Assembly: GCA_963779405.1 (NCBI GenBank)
Contig: CAVZYF010000005.1
Coordinates: 482,721 to 546,720 of the forward strand
DNA length: 64,000 bases
Direction: 5' to 3'
From: an uncultured Solirubrobacterales bacterium
GTDB lineage: Bacteria; Actinomycetota; Thermoleophilia; Solirubrobacterales; Solirubrobacteraceae
In this document: in pieces, positions 1-10,650 of the stretch
How the letters are laid out: every line of letters starts with the position of its first letter
How positions within the stretch are numbered: the stretch's first letter is position 1
Notes under the pieces: generated by a model
Told to the model about the DNA's origin: nothing
What the model saw: the letters and a program-made list of their open reading frames with translations, nothing else
The model's database searches: none
Made by a program: the position numbers and the translations under genes

Positions 1-2
1 TG

Positions 3-299
3 CCCGAGCACCATCCGGGCGCGATTCTGCTCAACCGGCTGTGGGCGCTCTTGCTGTTCACGCTCCTGGCGGGCGGCCTGGCCTTTCTTGCTCCGCAGAT
101 CCCCGGCATCGCCGCAGGCTTCGCGATCATCTGGGCGCTCGCCTGGCGGCGTCAGGACGCGGCCGTGGCCGCGATCGAGGAGCGCGACGGTGTGTGCTTC
201 TACGTGCGTCGCACGTCGCCCGTGCGACCGATGTCGCTCGAGCGCGCGCCCGGCTTCAAGACGCTGCGCCCCGAGCGCGTGAACGGCGCCGTCACCTGA
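3..299 (+). CDS. Hypothetical membrane protein, 3' part (5' end outside window)
   Basis: Frame open from window edge (PEHHPGAILLNRLWALLLFT...), two hydrophobic segments, TGA at 297-299 just before next ATG. Confidence 0.65.
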   Translation, partial: PEHHPGAILLNRLWALLLFTLLAGGLAFLAPQIPGIAAGFAIIWALAWRRQDAAVAAIEERDGVCFYVRRTSPVRPMSLERAPGFKTLRPERVNGAVT

Positions 300-300
300 G

Positions 301-1323
301 ATGGCTATCGGGAACGCGGCGGGAGCCATCGACGTGCTGATCGTCTCGCTGGGTTCAACGGGTGGTCTGCGTGCGGCCGACGCTGAGCTGGCAGATTCGC
401 TGCGAAGGGCAGGCGCAAGCGTTGCGGTTGCCTCGGCCACGCCGCCGCGCCCGGTTCGCACGCTGGCTTTGACAGACCTCTCGTGGGCGCTTGCCGCCCG
501 TCGCGTCGCCCGTCGCGAGCTGGCTCGCCGTACGCCACGCGCGATTATCTACTCGAGCACCACGGCCGCGCTGCTGTGGCCGCGGCCGGGCGCGATCCGC
601 TTCGACGCACCAGCGGCCGGCAACCGTCCGGGGCATCACGGCCTGTGGCAGCGCCCGCTGGAGCGCCGGCGGCTGCGCCGGGCCTCATTGCTGCTCCCAC
701 TGAGCGAGGGCGCCCTCCGCGAGCTGCCCGAGGCGGCACGCCGTACTGGCCATGAGTTAGTGCTTCCGGTTCCGATCGAGGCCTCGGGCATCGGGCCGGC
801 AAATCGGGACATCGACGCGATCACCTACGCGGCCAACCCCAGAAAGAAGGGGCTGGATCGAGTGCTCGCGGCGTGGACTGGAGTGCGCCGGCCCTCCGAG
901 GAGCTCCTCGTCACCGGTGTGAGTGAGGAGGATCTGCGACGGGCCGGAATAGAGTTGCCCGAGGAGGGTGTGCGTCTGACCGGGATGCTTGCGCGCAGCG
1001 AGTACCGGGCTCTGTTGCGCCGAGCGCGCGTGTTCGTGTGCGCACCCCGCCGCGAGGACTACGGTCAGGCTCAGCTCGAGGCCCTCGCCGATGGCTGCAT
1101 GCTTGTCAGCACCCCGGCCCCCGGTCCCTACGCGGCGCTTCCAATCGCCCGCGAGCTCGACCCGCGGCTCGTTAGCGAGGACCTGGCCGGAGCCCTGCGC
1201 ATTGCCCTGGATGACCCGCCCGCCGACTACTCGGCACGCGCGCTGGAATCGCTTGTGCCGTTCAGCAGTGCGACGGTCGATCGCCTGGTCACAAAGCAGC
1301 TATTGCCGCGTCTGCTTGCGTAG
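301..1323 (+). CDS. Glycosyltransferase family 4 (GT-B)
   Basis: 340 aa ORF; KKGLD and E-D-Y-G-x4-E-A-L (EDYGQAQLEALADG) GT4-type motifs. Confidence 0.8.
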   Translation: MAIGNAAGAIDVLIVSLGSTGGLRAADAELADSLRRAGASVAVASATPPRPVRTLALTDLSWALAARRVARRELARRTPRAIIYSSTTAALLWPRPGAIRFDAPAAGNRPGHHGLWQRPLERRRLRRASLLLPLSEGALRELPEAARRTGHELVLPVPIEASGIGPANRDIDAITYAANPRKKGLDRVLAAWTGVRRPSEELLVTGVSEEDLRRAGIELPEEGVRLTGMLARSEYRALLRRARVFVCAPRREDYGQAQLEALADGCMLVSTPAPGPYAALPIARELDPRLVSEDLAGALRIALDDPPADYSARALESLVPFSSATVDRLVTKQLLPRLLA

Positions 1324-1341
1324 GTCCGAAACGCCGAGCGG

Positions 1342-3092
1342 CTACCGAGGTGTCCGCTTTCCTAGCTTTGCGAGCTCCGACCACGGCCGCGTATTGGCCA
1401 CATCCGCGGCGCCAAGCCAAGCCCGGCGCGCCGTGGCCACCCCCCAGCGCATGTTCTGGAGAGTGTCCGTGCGATGGGCGTCGGAGTCGATCAGGATCCG
1501 CACGCCTGCCTGCGCCGCGCCGCGCGCGTTGATGTCGGAGAGGTCGCGGCGGTCGGGGTTGGCGTTGATCTCGAGCATCGTCCCCGTCCGCGCGGCCGCG
1601 GCAAAGACCGCGTCCAGGTCGATCGCGTAGGGCTCGCGCCGCCCGATCAGCCGACCAGTGGGGTGCCCGATCGCGTCGACCAGAGGATGCTCGATCGCCG
1701 CGATCATCCGCTCGGTCATCGCCTGCTCTCCCATCCCGAATGACGTATGCACGCTCGCGATTACCCAATCGAGCTCGCCGAGCAGCTCGTCCTCGTAGTC
1801 GAGCGAGCCGTCGGGCATGATGTTGACCTCGCTCCCCGCGAGCAGCTCGATCCCCTCCACGCGCGCATTTGCCTCGCGCACGAGCTCGATCTGGCGGCGC
1901 AGCTGCTCAGGGGAGACGTCGTCGCCGAAGCCGTGCGAGGCCGAGTGGTCGGTGATCGCCAGGTACTCGTACCCTCGCTCGCGCGCGGCGAAAGCCATCT
2001 CCTCGATTGAGCTCTTCCCGTCAGAGGCCGTCGTGTGGCAGTGCAGGTCACCGCGGATGTCGTCGAGCTCGATCAGCCGGGGCAGCCGGCCGTCTGCGGC
2101 CGCCGCCAGCTCGCCGCGGTTCTCGCGCAGCTCGGGCTCGATGTAGTCGAGGTTCAGCAGCCCATACAACTGCTCCTCCGAGTCGAAGGTCTTTGGGCGT
2201 TTCTCCCCGTCGACGAGCACGCCGTACTCCGACACGTGCATGCCCTTGCGCACGGCGGCTTCGCGTAACGCGGCGTTGTGGGGGCCGGAGCCGGTGAAGT
2301 GCTGGAGCAGGTTGCCGAGCTGGGCGGGCTTCGCGATTCGCAGGTCCACGGAGACACCCGAGTGGGTGCGGCCCCTGGCGCCGGGCTTACCGGCGGAGGA
2401 CACGTGCTCGATCTCTCCCAGCCGCGAAAGGCTCTTCGCGAGCGTCGTCGGCTTCGTCGTGACGGCGATCAGGTCGATGTCCTTCACGCTGTCGGCGAGA
2501 CGCCGAGCCGAGCCGGCGAGCTGCACATGCGTGCCAGGATCGCCCTGCTCCATCAACCCTGCGGCGAGCGTCTCACCCAGCTCGATCGCGCGCGGCAACA
2601 GCAGCCGCCCGCTCGCCCGCTCGGGGGTTTCGGCGGCCATGCGATCGAGCCCCTCGAGCACGCTCGCCTCGAACTTCGCGCCGAGGCCCCGCACGCCGCG
2701 CAGTCGCTGCGCCAAAGCCGCTTCGCGCAGCTTCTCGTGGCGAGTCGACTCCGAGCTCGGTGAACAGCATCCGCGCACGCTTCGGCCCCAGGCCCGGCAG
2801 GCGTGTGATCGCGATCAGGCCGGGCGGGAACTGCGCACGCATCCGCTCGGTCGAAGGGGTCGTGCCCGGTGTCGAGCAGCGTGATGATCTTCTGCTGGAG
2901 CGTCGCGCCGATCCCCGCCAGCTCAGTCGCCCTGCCTGCGCGCGCCAGCGCCGCGACCGACACCGACGCCTCGCGCACCGCCTTCGCCGCGTTGCGGTAG
3001 GCGAGCACGCGGTGCACGATTGCCCCGTCGAGCTCGTACAGGTCGCCCAGCTCCTCCAGCGCGTCGGCGATCGCGGCGTTGGATAGGTCCAC
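1342..3092 (-). CDS. polX: DNA polymerase X / PHP 3'-5' exonuclease (2 frameshifts, ~2860 and ~2735)
   Basis: N-terminal NAAIADALEELGDLYEL, HhH GLGPK/GLGAK, GSARR..DID, HFTGS; PHP motifs HCHTTASDG, TDHS, GHPTG, DSDAH. Confidence 0.92.
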
Positions 3093-3113
3093 TGCTCTAG
3101 GGTACGCCGACCC

Positions 3114-3833
3114 ATGTCTGGCGAGCCCTGGCTGATCCTGCCCACATACAACGAGGCCGAGAACATCGAGGCGATCGTCGCCGCCTCCGGCGAGGCGCTG
3201 CGCGGCGCCGCGCCCGAGGGCTGGCGCGTGCTGGTCGTCGACGACGGCTCGCCCGACGGCACGGCGCAGATCGCCGATCGGCTGGCCGGGAAGCACGACT
3301 GGGTGCGGGTGCTCCACCGCGCCGAGAAGAACGGCATCGGACCGGCCTACCTCGCGGGCTTTCGCCACGCGCTCGACCACGGGGCGGGCTACGTAATGGA
3401 GATGGACTCCGACTTCTCTCATAACCCCGCCGACCTCGTCCGGCTGCTGGCTGCGGTCAAAGCCGGCGCCGACCTGGCGCTCGGTTCGCGCTATGTGCCC
3501 GGCGGCGGCGTGACCGATTGGGGACTCTTGCGGCGCTTTATCTCCGAGGGCGGCTCGACCTACGCGCGCATCGTGCTCGGCTTGAAGGTCAAGGACCTGA
3601 CGGGCGGCTTCAAGTGCTTTCGCCGCGAGGTACTCGAAGAGATCCACTTCGACGGCGTGCGCTCGCAGGGCTACGCCTTCCAGGTCGAGCTCACCTACCG
3701 CGCGGTGCGCGCCGGCTTCAAGGTGGTCGAGGTGCCGATCGTCTTCAAAGATCGTCTCCGCGGAGAGAGCAAGATGTCCTGGCGAATCGCCGCCGAGGCG
3801 ATGTGGCTCGTGCCGCAGCTACGCTTCAGGTAG
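3114..3833 (+). CDS. Polyprenol-monophosphomannose synthase-like GT2 (DPM1/Ppm1 family)
   Basis: LPTYNEAENI, VDDGSPDGT, MDSDFSHNP, DLTGGFKCFR, GYAFQVE, GESKMS. Confidence 0.9.
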   Translation: MSGEPWLILPTYNEAENIEAIVAASGEALRGAAPEGWRVLVVDDGSPDGTAQIADRLAGKHDWVRVLHRAEKNGIGPAYLAGFRHALDHGAGYVMEMDSDFSHNPADLVRLLAAVKAGADLALGSRYVPGGGVTDWGLLRRFISEGGSTYARIVLGLKVKDLTGGFKCFRREVLEEIHFDGVRSQGYAFQVELTYRAVRAGFKVVEVPIVFKDRLRGESKMSWRIAAEAMWLVPQLRFR

Positions 3834-3859
3834 AGCGCTCGCACACCGATGCAGAGGGG

Positions 3860-4609
3860 ATGGACGCTTCCGCCGACGCGTTCGCCTACGGCGTGCGCCA
3901 GACCCGCTCGACGCTGCGCACGTGGCAGCGAACCCCCGGTCCCGTGCTCGGGCGCTGGTTCGCCGGCTCCGCGCTGGCCGCCGCCTGCCTGCTGTGCGCC
4001 GTGTGGGTCGTCGCGACGCTCTTCTCCGGCTACCAGCAGGTCCTGATCCTCGAACCGCCGTTCGCGGTCGGCGGCGGCGGCGACGTGCTCAGCATCCTGC
4101 GGCGCAACATGCTCGTGCTCGCGCTGCACGCGATGGCCTGCGTCGCGGGCTTCATCGCCGGCAGCTCGCTGCCGCTGCAGGCCAAGCACCATCATGGCGT
4201 CTCGCGTTGGGTCCACGAACACGGCGGTCGGATCGCAATCGGCTTCGTCGTCGCCGCCACCGCCTTCTCGCTGAGCACCCAGGCCTACGTGCTCGGGCAC
4301 ACACTCGCCGGCGTCTCCGGCTTCCTGCATGTCTCGCCCGGCCTGTTGCTGCTGGGCCTGCTCCCGCACGCGATCCTCGAGCTCACCGCCCTGTTCCTGC
4401 CCCTGGCCGCCTGGATCATCGCCAGCCGCCGGGGCGAGTGGGACCAGCTGCTGGCCGCCACGTTCGTGACCGTCGCGATCGCGGTGCCGATGCTCGTCGT
4501 CGCGGCCCTGATCGAGGTCTACATCTCGCCCCATCTGTTCACGACGCTGACAGGCATCCATCCCCCGATCGTCCGTTACTCCGAAGGCTGGCTAGTGACG
4601 ATCCACTGA
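3860..4609 (+). CDS. SpoIIM-like integral membrane protein
   Basis: Multi-TM protein with LLPHAILEL and AALIEVYISP motifs typical of the SpoIIM family; ATG 3860 chosen inside ORF 3518..4609. Confidence 0.7.
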   Translation: MDASADAFAYGVRQTRSTLRTWQRTPGPVLGRWFAGSALAAACLLCAVWVVATLFSGYQQVLILEPPFAVGGGGDVLSILRRNMLVLALHAMACVAGFIAGSSLPLQAKHHHGVSRWVHEHGGRIAIGFVVAATAFSLSTQAYVLGHTLAGVSGFLHVSPGLLLLGLLPHAILELTALFLPLAAWIIASRRGEWDQLLAATFVTVAIAVPMLVVAALIEVYISPHLFTTLTGIHPPIVRYSEGWLVTIH

Positions 4610-4633
4610 GCGGGGCGCCACCCTGGGAGTGGT

Positions 4634-4652
4634 CACTACACTTTGTATAGTG
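4634..4652 (+). promoter_or_regulatory. Imperfect palindrome overlapping putative trxA -10 (TATAGT 4646-4651)
   Basis: CACTAcAC-ttt-GTaTAGTG, AT-rich patch in a GC-rich intergenic region. Confidence 0.5.
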
Positions 4653-4701
4653 TGTGTGGGCAAGAGGAACGGATAAGCGGAACGCGAGCAAGGAGACTCC
4701 C

Positions 4702-5028
4702 ATGGCAGGCACGTTGAACGAAGTCACAGACACCAATTTCCAGGCCGAGGTGATCGAGTCTGAAGGCCCGGTGCTCGTCGACTTCTGGGCACCCTGGTGC
4801 GGTCCCTGTCGGATGGTCGCACCCGTGCTCGAGGAGATCGCCTCCGAGCGCCCCGACCTGAGGATCGTAAAGCTGAACATCGACGAGAACCAGCAGACGG
4901 CGGCGAACTTCCAGGTGCTCTCGATCCCGACGATGATCCTCTTCAAGGGCGGCCAGCCGGTCAAGACCGTCGTCGGCGCGTACCCAAAGAAGAAGCTCGA
5001 GGCAGAGCTGGAGCCCGTCCTGGCGTAA
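4702..5028 (+). CDS. trxA: Thioredoxin
   Basis: VDFWAPWCGPCR active site; AAGGAG RBS before ATG. Confidence 0.97.
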   Translation: MAGTLNEVTDTNFQAEVIESEGPVLVDFWAPWCGPCRMVAPVLEEIASERPDLRIVKLNIDENQQTAANFQVLSIPTMILFKGGQPVKTVVGAYPKKKLEAELEPVLA

Positions 5029-5057
5029 GCAGTTTGCTGGTGGCGAGCACCCTGGTT

Positions 5058-8000
5058 CTAGGGGCGCTCGGTACGGCGCAGGGCGATCGTCAGCGGCAGG
5101 CCGTCGATCTCAGTCTGCTCTGAGTAGTCCATCGCCTCGGCCGCGCTCCTCGCACCGGGGGTCAGGTCCAGCTCGACCGCGAGCGTCTCGCCGGTCAGGT
5201 AGTCGCGATGCGCCTCGGCCGCTTTGATCAGCGTGGGGTCGTCGCCGAGGGCGAGCTCGATCCGGTCCTCGACCTCTAGGCCCGCGGTCTTGCGCGCGTT
5301 CTGGACGGCGTGGACGATCTCGCGGGCGCGGCCCTCCTCGCGCAGGTCCGCGTCGATCGTAAGGTCGAGCGCCACTGCGTGAGCGCCCTCGCGCTCTACC
5401 GAGTAGCCATCGGGGGCCTTCATCGTCAGGATCACATCCTCGGCGGAGAGGGTGTGCTCGCGCCCGGCGACGGCGATCCCGATTGTGATGTCCTCGCCGC
5501 CCACGATGTCCTTCGCGCCGTCGTTGTTGCCGCTGCCATCGCGCACTGCCGCCGCCACGCGCGCGGGGTCGAGTGCGGCGATCGCCTCGGCCGCACGCGG
5601 CATGTCCTTGCCGAACAGCGGTCCGAGCGTGCGGTAGTTCGCCTTCACCTCGTAGCTGCCCAGCTCCTCGGCGGCTGCGACGAAGCGCACCCGCCGTACA
5701 TTCAGCTCCTCGCGCACGACATCTGCAAACCGTTCGATCGCCACGCGCTCGCGCCCGGCTGCCACCACTACCGCCTCGCCCAGCGGCTGGCGCACCTTGA
5801 TCTTCGCCTTCCCGCGCGCGCCGAGTCCGAGCCGCGCGGTCTCTCGTGCTAGCGCCATCGCCTCCTCCAGGTCCTCGTCACACGCCGGCAACGCCTCGCC
5901 TGTAGGGAACTCGCATAGGTGCACGCTCGCTCGCATGCCGTCGAGGTTGTCGTAGATCTCATCAGCGATGAACGGGCACAGCGGCGCGAGCAGCTTCGCG
6001 ACCGTAAGCAGGCAGAGGCGCAGCGTCTCGAACGCGGCTGGATCGCCATCCCAGAAGCGCCGGCGTGAGCGGCGCACGTACCAGTTCGACAGCTCGTCGA
6101 CCAGGGTCGCGATCGCCCGGCCGGCGGAGGTTACGTCGTAGGCGTCGAGCCGCTCGGAGACCAGTTGCGCGGTGCCCGCCGTACGTGACAGCGCCCAGCG
6201 GTCGAGGTCGTCCGTCGGCTCTGCTCCGGCCGCGTGCTCAGGTTCCGCGCCGAGCGCCGCCGAATTGACTTCGGCGTAGAGGGTGTAGAAAAAGTACGTG
6301 GACCACAGCTGCTTCAGGAACAGGCGCACTCCTTCGCCGATTGCCTCCTCGGAGAAGCGGTATCCGTCCCACGGTTGCTTCGAGGTAAAGAAGTACCACC
6401 TGAAAGCGTCGGCGCCGTATTTGTCCAGGACCTGCCACGGCTCGACCGCGTTGCCCTTCGACTTCGACATCTTCTGGCCGTCCTCGTCGAGGATCAACCC
6501 GAGGCACACCACGTTCTTGTACGGCGCCTGATGATCGAACGGCACTTCTTGGCCCAGCAGCGTAGCGACCGCGAGCAGCGAGTAGAACCAGCCCCTGGTC
6601 TGGTCCTGCGCCTCGCAGATGAAGTCAGCCGGGAAGCGCTCGGCAAAGCGATCCGAGTGCTCGAACGGAAAGTGGTGCTGGGCGAACGGCATCGCGCCGG
6701 AGTCGAACCACACGTCGATCACCTCCTGCACCCGCTGCATTGGTTGCTCGCAGGTGGGACATGGAAACTCGACTTCGTCGACAAACGGGCGATGGTGGTC
6801 GGCGAGGGCCGCGCCGGAGCGCTCCTGTAGCTCCGCGAACGAGCCGACCACATGCACGTGCCCATTGCCACAGCGCCATACCGGCAGCGGCGTGCCCCAG
6901 TAGCGCTCGCGCGAGAGCGCCCAGTCGACGTTGTTTTTCAACCAGTCCCCAAAGCGCCCCTCCTTGACACGCGAAGGATGCCAATTCACGGTCTCGTTCG
7001 CCGCCAGCAGCCTGTCGCGGAGCTTCGTCGTGGCGATGTACCACGATGGTTTCGCGTAGTACAGCAGCGGCGTGCCACAGCGCCAGCAATGGGGATAGGA
7101 GTGCTCGTAATCCTCCACGCGCAGCAGTAGCCCGCGCGCGTCCAGGTCCGCGATCAGCTCCTTCGTCAGCTCGCGATCCTTGACGAAGCGGCCCTCCCAC
7201 GAGTTGCCGTCGCGGTCGCGCACGCGACCGTCGTAGGTGCCGTCCGGCCTGACCGGGTTGTACAGCGTGTGCGGTTCGTCGCCCCTAAAGATCCCCGCCG
7301 CCGCCGCCACGCGGTAGTCGTCCTCGCCAAACGCCGGGGCCAGGTGCACGATGCCCGTGCCTTCCTCCGTCGTGACGAAGTCATCCGCGAGGATCTGCGA
7401 GCCGCCCGGCATGCGATCGTTGAGCGTGAAGATCGGGCTCCGGTAGCTGCCGTAGCGTTTCACCAGCTCCTCGCCGCTGAACTGTTCGATCACCTCCGCC
7501 TGCTCGCCCAGCACTGCGGCGACACGGTCTGAGACGAGCACGAAGTGCTCGTCGCCGAGGCGAGCCCTCGCGTAGCTCGCTGTGGGCGACACCGCGAGCG
7601 CCACGTTTCCGGGCAGCGTCCACGGCGTCGTCGTCCACACCAGCAACCTGTCCTCGCTAACCGCTCCGCGGTCGTTTGTGACCGGCAGCTTCAGATAGAC
7701 ACTCGAATCGATGACGTCCCTGTAGCCCTGCGCCACCTCGTGCGAGGACAGCGTCGTCTCGCAGCGCGGGCAGTACGGGCTGACCTTGTGACCTTCGTAG
7801 AGCAGCCCGCGGCGATCGATCTGCGCCAGTGCCCACCACACCGACTCGATGTAGCTCTCGTCCAACGTGCGGTAGGCGTCGTCGAGGTCCAGCCAGAAGC
7901 CGATTCGCTCGGTCAGCCGGTTCCACTCCTCCAGGTAGGTGAACACCGACTCGCGGCAGCGCGCGTTGAACTCGCCGATCCCGTACTCCTCGATTTCCGC

Positions 8001-8346
8001 CTTCGATTTGATCCCGAGCTCCTGTTCGACCGCGATCTCCACCGGCAGCCCGTGGCAGTCCCAGCCGCCCTTGCGCTCGACCCTGTAGCCGCGCATCGTC
8101 TTGTAGCGCGGGTAGATGTCCTTGAACACGCGCGAAAGCACGTGATGTGATCCGGGCGGGCCCGTTCGCGGTGGGGGGCCCCTCGTAGAAGACCCATTGC
8201 TTTGCCTCCTCGCGCACGCGCAACGACTCCGCGAACACTTCCCGCTCGCGCCAGCGCTCCAGCACCTCTAGCTCCAGCGCCGGCAGCTCCCGGCGAGGAT
8301 CGACCGCACGGCGCGGCAGCAACGGGTGTTTCGCGGGGGCGCTCAC
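5058..8346 (-). CDS. ileS: Isoleucine--tRNA ligase, type 2 (IleRS2) (frameshift ~8163)
   Basis: FYEGPPTANG, GWDCHGLPVE, WTTTPWTLPGN, GTGIVH, DWALSRERYWGTPLP, KMSKS; IleRS2-type C-terminus (EGRAREIVHAVQNARK). Confidence 0.97.
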
Positions 8347-8384
8347 GGGGCGGCCCATTGTAGGTGCGGCCTACGATTGCGAGT

Positions 8385-9312
8385 GTGAGGCTGCGTCTCT
8401 ACCACCACCCCGACGGCGCGCGCGTGGCCTACCGCGAGCTCGGCGCCGGCCCGCCGCTCGCGCTGCTGCACTCGGCGATGCTCTCCCACAAGGAGTTCGA
8501 ACCGGCCGTCGAGCAGCTCGCAGACCGCTTCCGCGTGGTGCTCCCCGACCTGCCGCTGCACGGCGACTCCGAGGATCGCCCGCGCTACCCCTACACGCTC
8601 GACTGGTTCGCCGATGTGATGTCCGGCTTCGCCGCCGACGTGCTCGGACCGCGGCCGTTGATCGGCGGTCACGACGCCGGCGCGGAGATCCTGCTGCACG
8701 CGGTCGCGCGTGGCAGCCTGCGCCCTAAGCGGCTCGTGCTGATGGGCAGCCGCCTGCACGCCCCGCCGCAGAACGCGCGGCTGCGCGCCGCCTGGCGCCT
8801 GGCCGCCACCGCCGGCGCCGTCCCCGGCCTGGACCGCCTGCTCACCCACGGCGCGCGCGCCGCCTTCACCCCCGAGCGCGGCCTGCGCCTGACCGCGCGC
8901 GCGGACCCCGCCGCGCGCGATCTGTTGCGCCACGCCTTCGCCGACGTCCCCGGCAACCCCAACCTCGCGCGCTCGTGGTCGCGCTGCGCGCGCTCTTGGC
9001 CGCGCGGCGCGCAGACTGGGCTGCGCGAGCTCTACCCGCGCCTGGAGATGCCGGTGCTGCTTGCTGTGGGCCGACCGCGACCGCCAGCATCCGCTCGCCG
9101 CCGCCGAAGAGGCGCTGGCGTTGCTGCCCGACGGCCAGCTGCGCGTGCTGCAGAGCACGGGTTTCCTGATGGCCTACGACGACCCGGTCGGCCTGGCCCG
9201 CGAGCTGGCCGCGTTCTGCTGGGTAGGTCCGTTGGCTGCCGCTGGCGGGCTCGCGTGCGTCGTCGTCATCAGCGACCCCCTCAAGCTCCGCATATCTGGC
9301 GAGAACCTCTAA
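8385..9312 (+). CDS. Alpha/beta hydrolase-fold protein (frameshift ~9060; 3' end approximate)
   Basis: VAYRELGAGPPLALLH, PDLPLHGDS, GGHDAG elbow, LLWADRD in second frame. Confidence 0.8.
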
Positions 9313-9324
9313 CAAGGAGATTGG

Positions 9325-10650
9325 ATGCCGGACAAGCAGCTGTGGGGCGGAGAGACGACGAAGGCCGTCGCAAACTTCCCGATCTCGGGTGAGACCGGTC
9401 CCGGTGTCGGTCGTGCGCTGGCTCGCGCGCCTGAAGGGCGCCGCCGCGCTCGTCAACGGCGAGCTCGGCCTGCTCGACAAACGTCGCGCCTCGAGCATCG
9501 CCAAAGGCGCCGGCGAGATCGCCGCCGGCAAGCACGACGGGCAGTTCCCGATCGATGTCTTCCAGACCGGCTCCGGCACCTCGACGAACACGAACGCGAA
9601 CGAGGTGATCGCCGCGCTCGCCGGCTCCAGCGTGCACCCGAACGACCACGTCAACATGGGCCAGTCCTCCAACGACGTGTTCCCCTCGGCCGTGCATCTG
9701 GCCGCGCTCGACGTCGCCCAGAACGAGCTGCTGCCGGCGCTCCGCCAGCTGGAGCGCTCGTTCGCGAAGAAGTCGAAGAGCTTTCAGAACGTCGTCAAGT
9801 CAGGGCGCACGCACCTGATGGACGCCGTCCCCGTCACGCTCGGGCAGGAGTTCGGCGGCTACGCCGCGCAGATCGCGCTCGGCCAGGAGCGCGTGCGCTC
9901 CGCGCTCGTGCACGTCGGGCAGATCCCGCTCGGAGGCACCGCCACGGGCACCGGCCTGAACACGCACGCAAAGTTCGCCGAGAAGGTCCGCGCGCGGCTG
10001 AAGAAGGAATCCGGCTTGAAACAGATCGCCGCGCCGCTGGATCGCTTCGAGGCGCAGGCGAGCCGCGACGCGCTCGTCGAGCTCTCCGGTGCGCTGAAGG
10101 TCGTGGCGGTATCGCTGAGCAAGATCGCCGGCGACCTCGCGCTGATGGGCTCCGGCCCCCGCGCCGGCATCGGCGAGATCCGCCTGCCCGAGTTGCAGAA
10201 GGGCTCCTCGATCATGCCCGGCAAGGTCAACCCGGTGATCCCCGAGGTCGTGCTGCAGGTCGCCGCCCAGGTGATCGGCAACGACACCGCGATCACCGTC
10301 GGCGGCATGCAGGGCCAGTTCGAGCTCAACGTGCGCATTCCGCTGATCGCGCGCAACCTGCTGCAGTCGCTGTACCTGCTCGCCAGCACCTCGCGTGTGT
10401 TCGCCGAGAAGTGCGTCGACGGGATCGAGGCAACAAGGCCGGCACCGCGGCCTCGGCGGGAGCGACGCTCGCCGCCGCTACCGCGCTGAACGGCGTGATC
10501 GGCTACGACAAGGGCACGACGATCGTCAAGCGGGCCACCGACTCCGGTCGTCCGCTGCGTGAGGTCGCCTTCGAGGAGGGGGTCGACGCAAAGCTCTATG
10601 ACGCGACGATCGACCTGCGCAAGATCGCGCGGGGGAATCAGGTGCAAAGT
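9325..10650 (+). CDS. fumC: Class II fumarate hydratase (frameshifts ~9390 and ~10430; stop approximate)
   Basis: LWGGET, QTGSGTSTNTN, HPNDHVNMGQSSND, KSGRTHLMDAVP, GSSIMPGKVNP; AAGGAG RBS. Confidence 0.95.
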
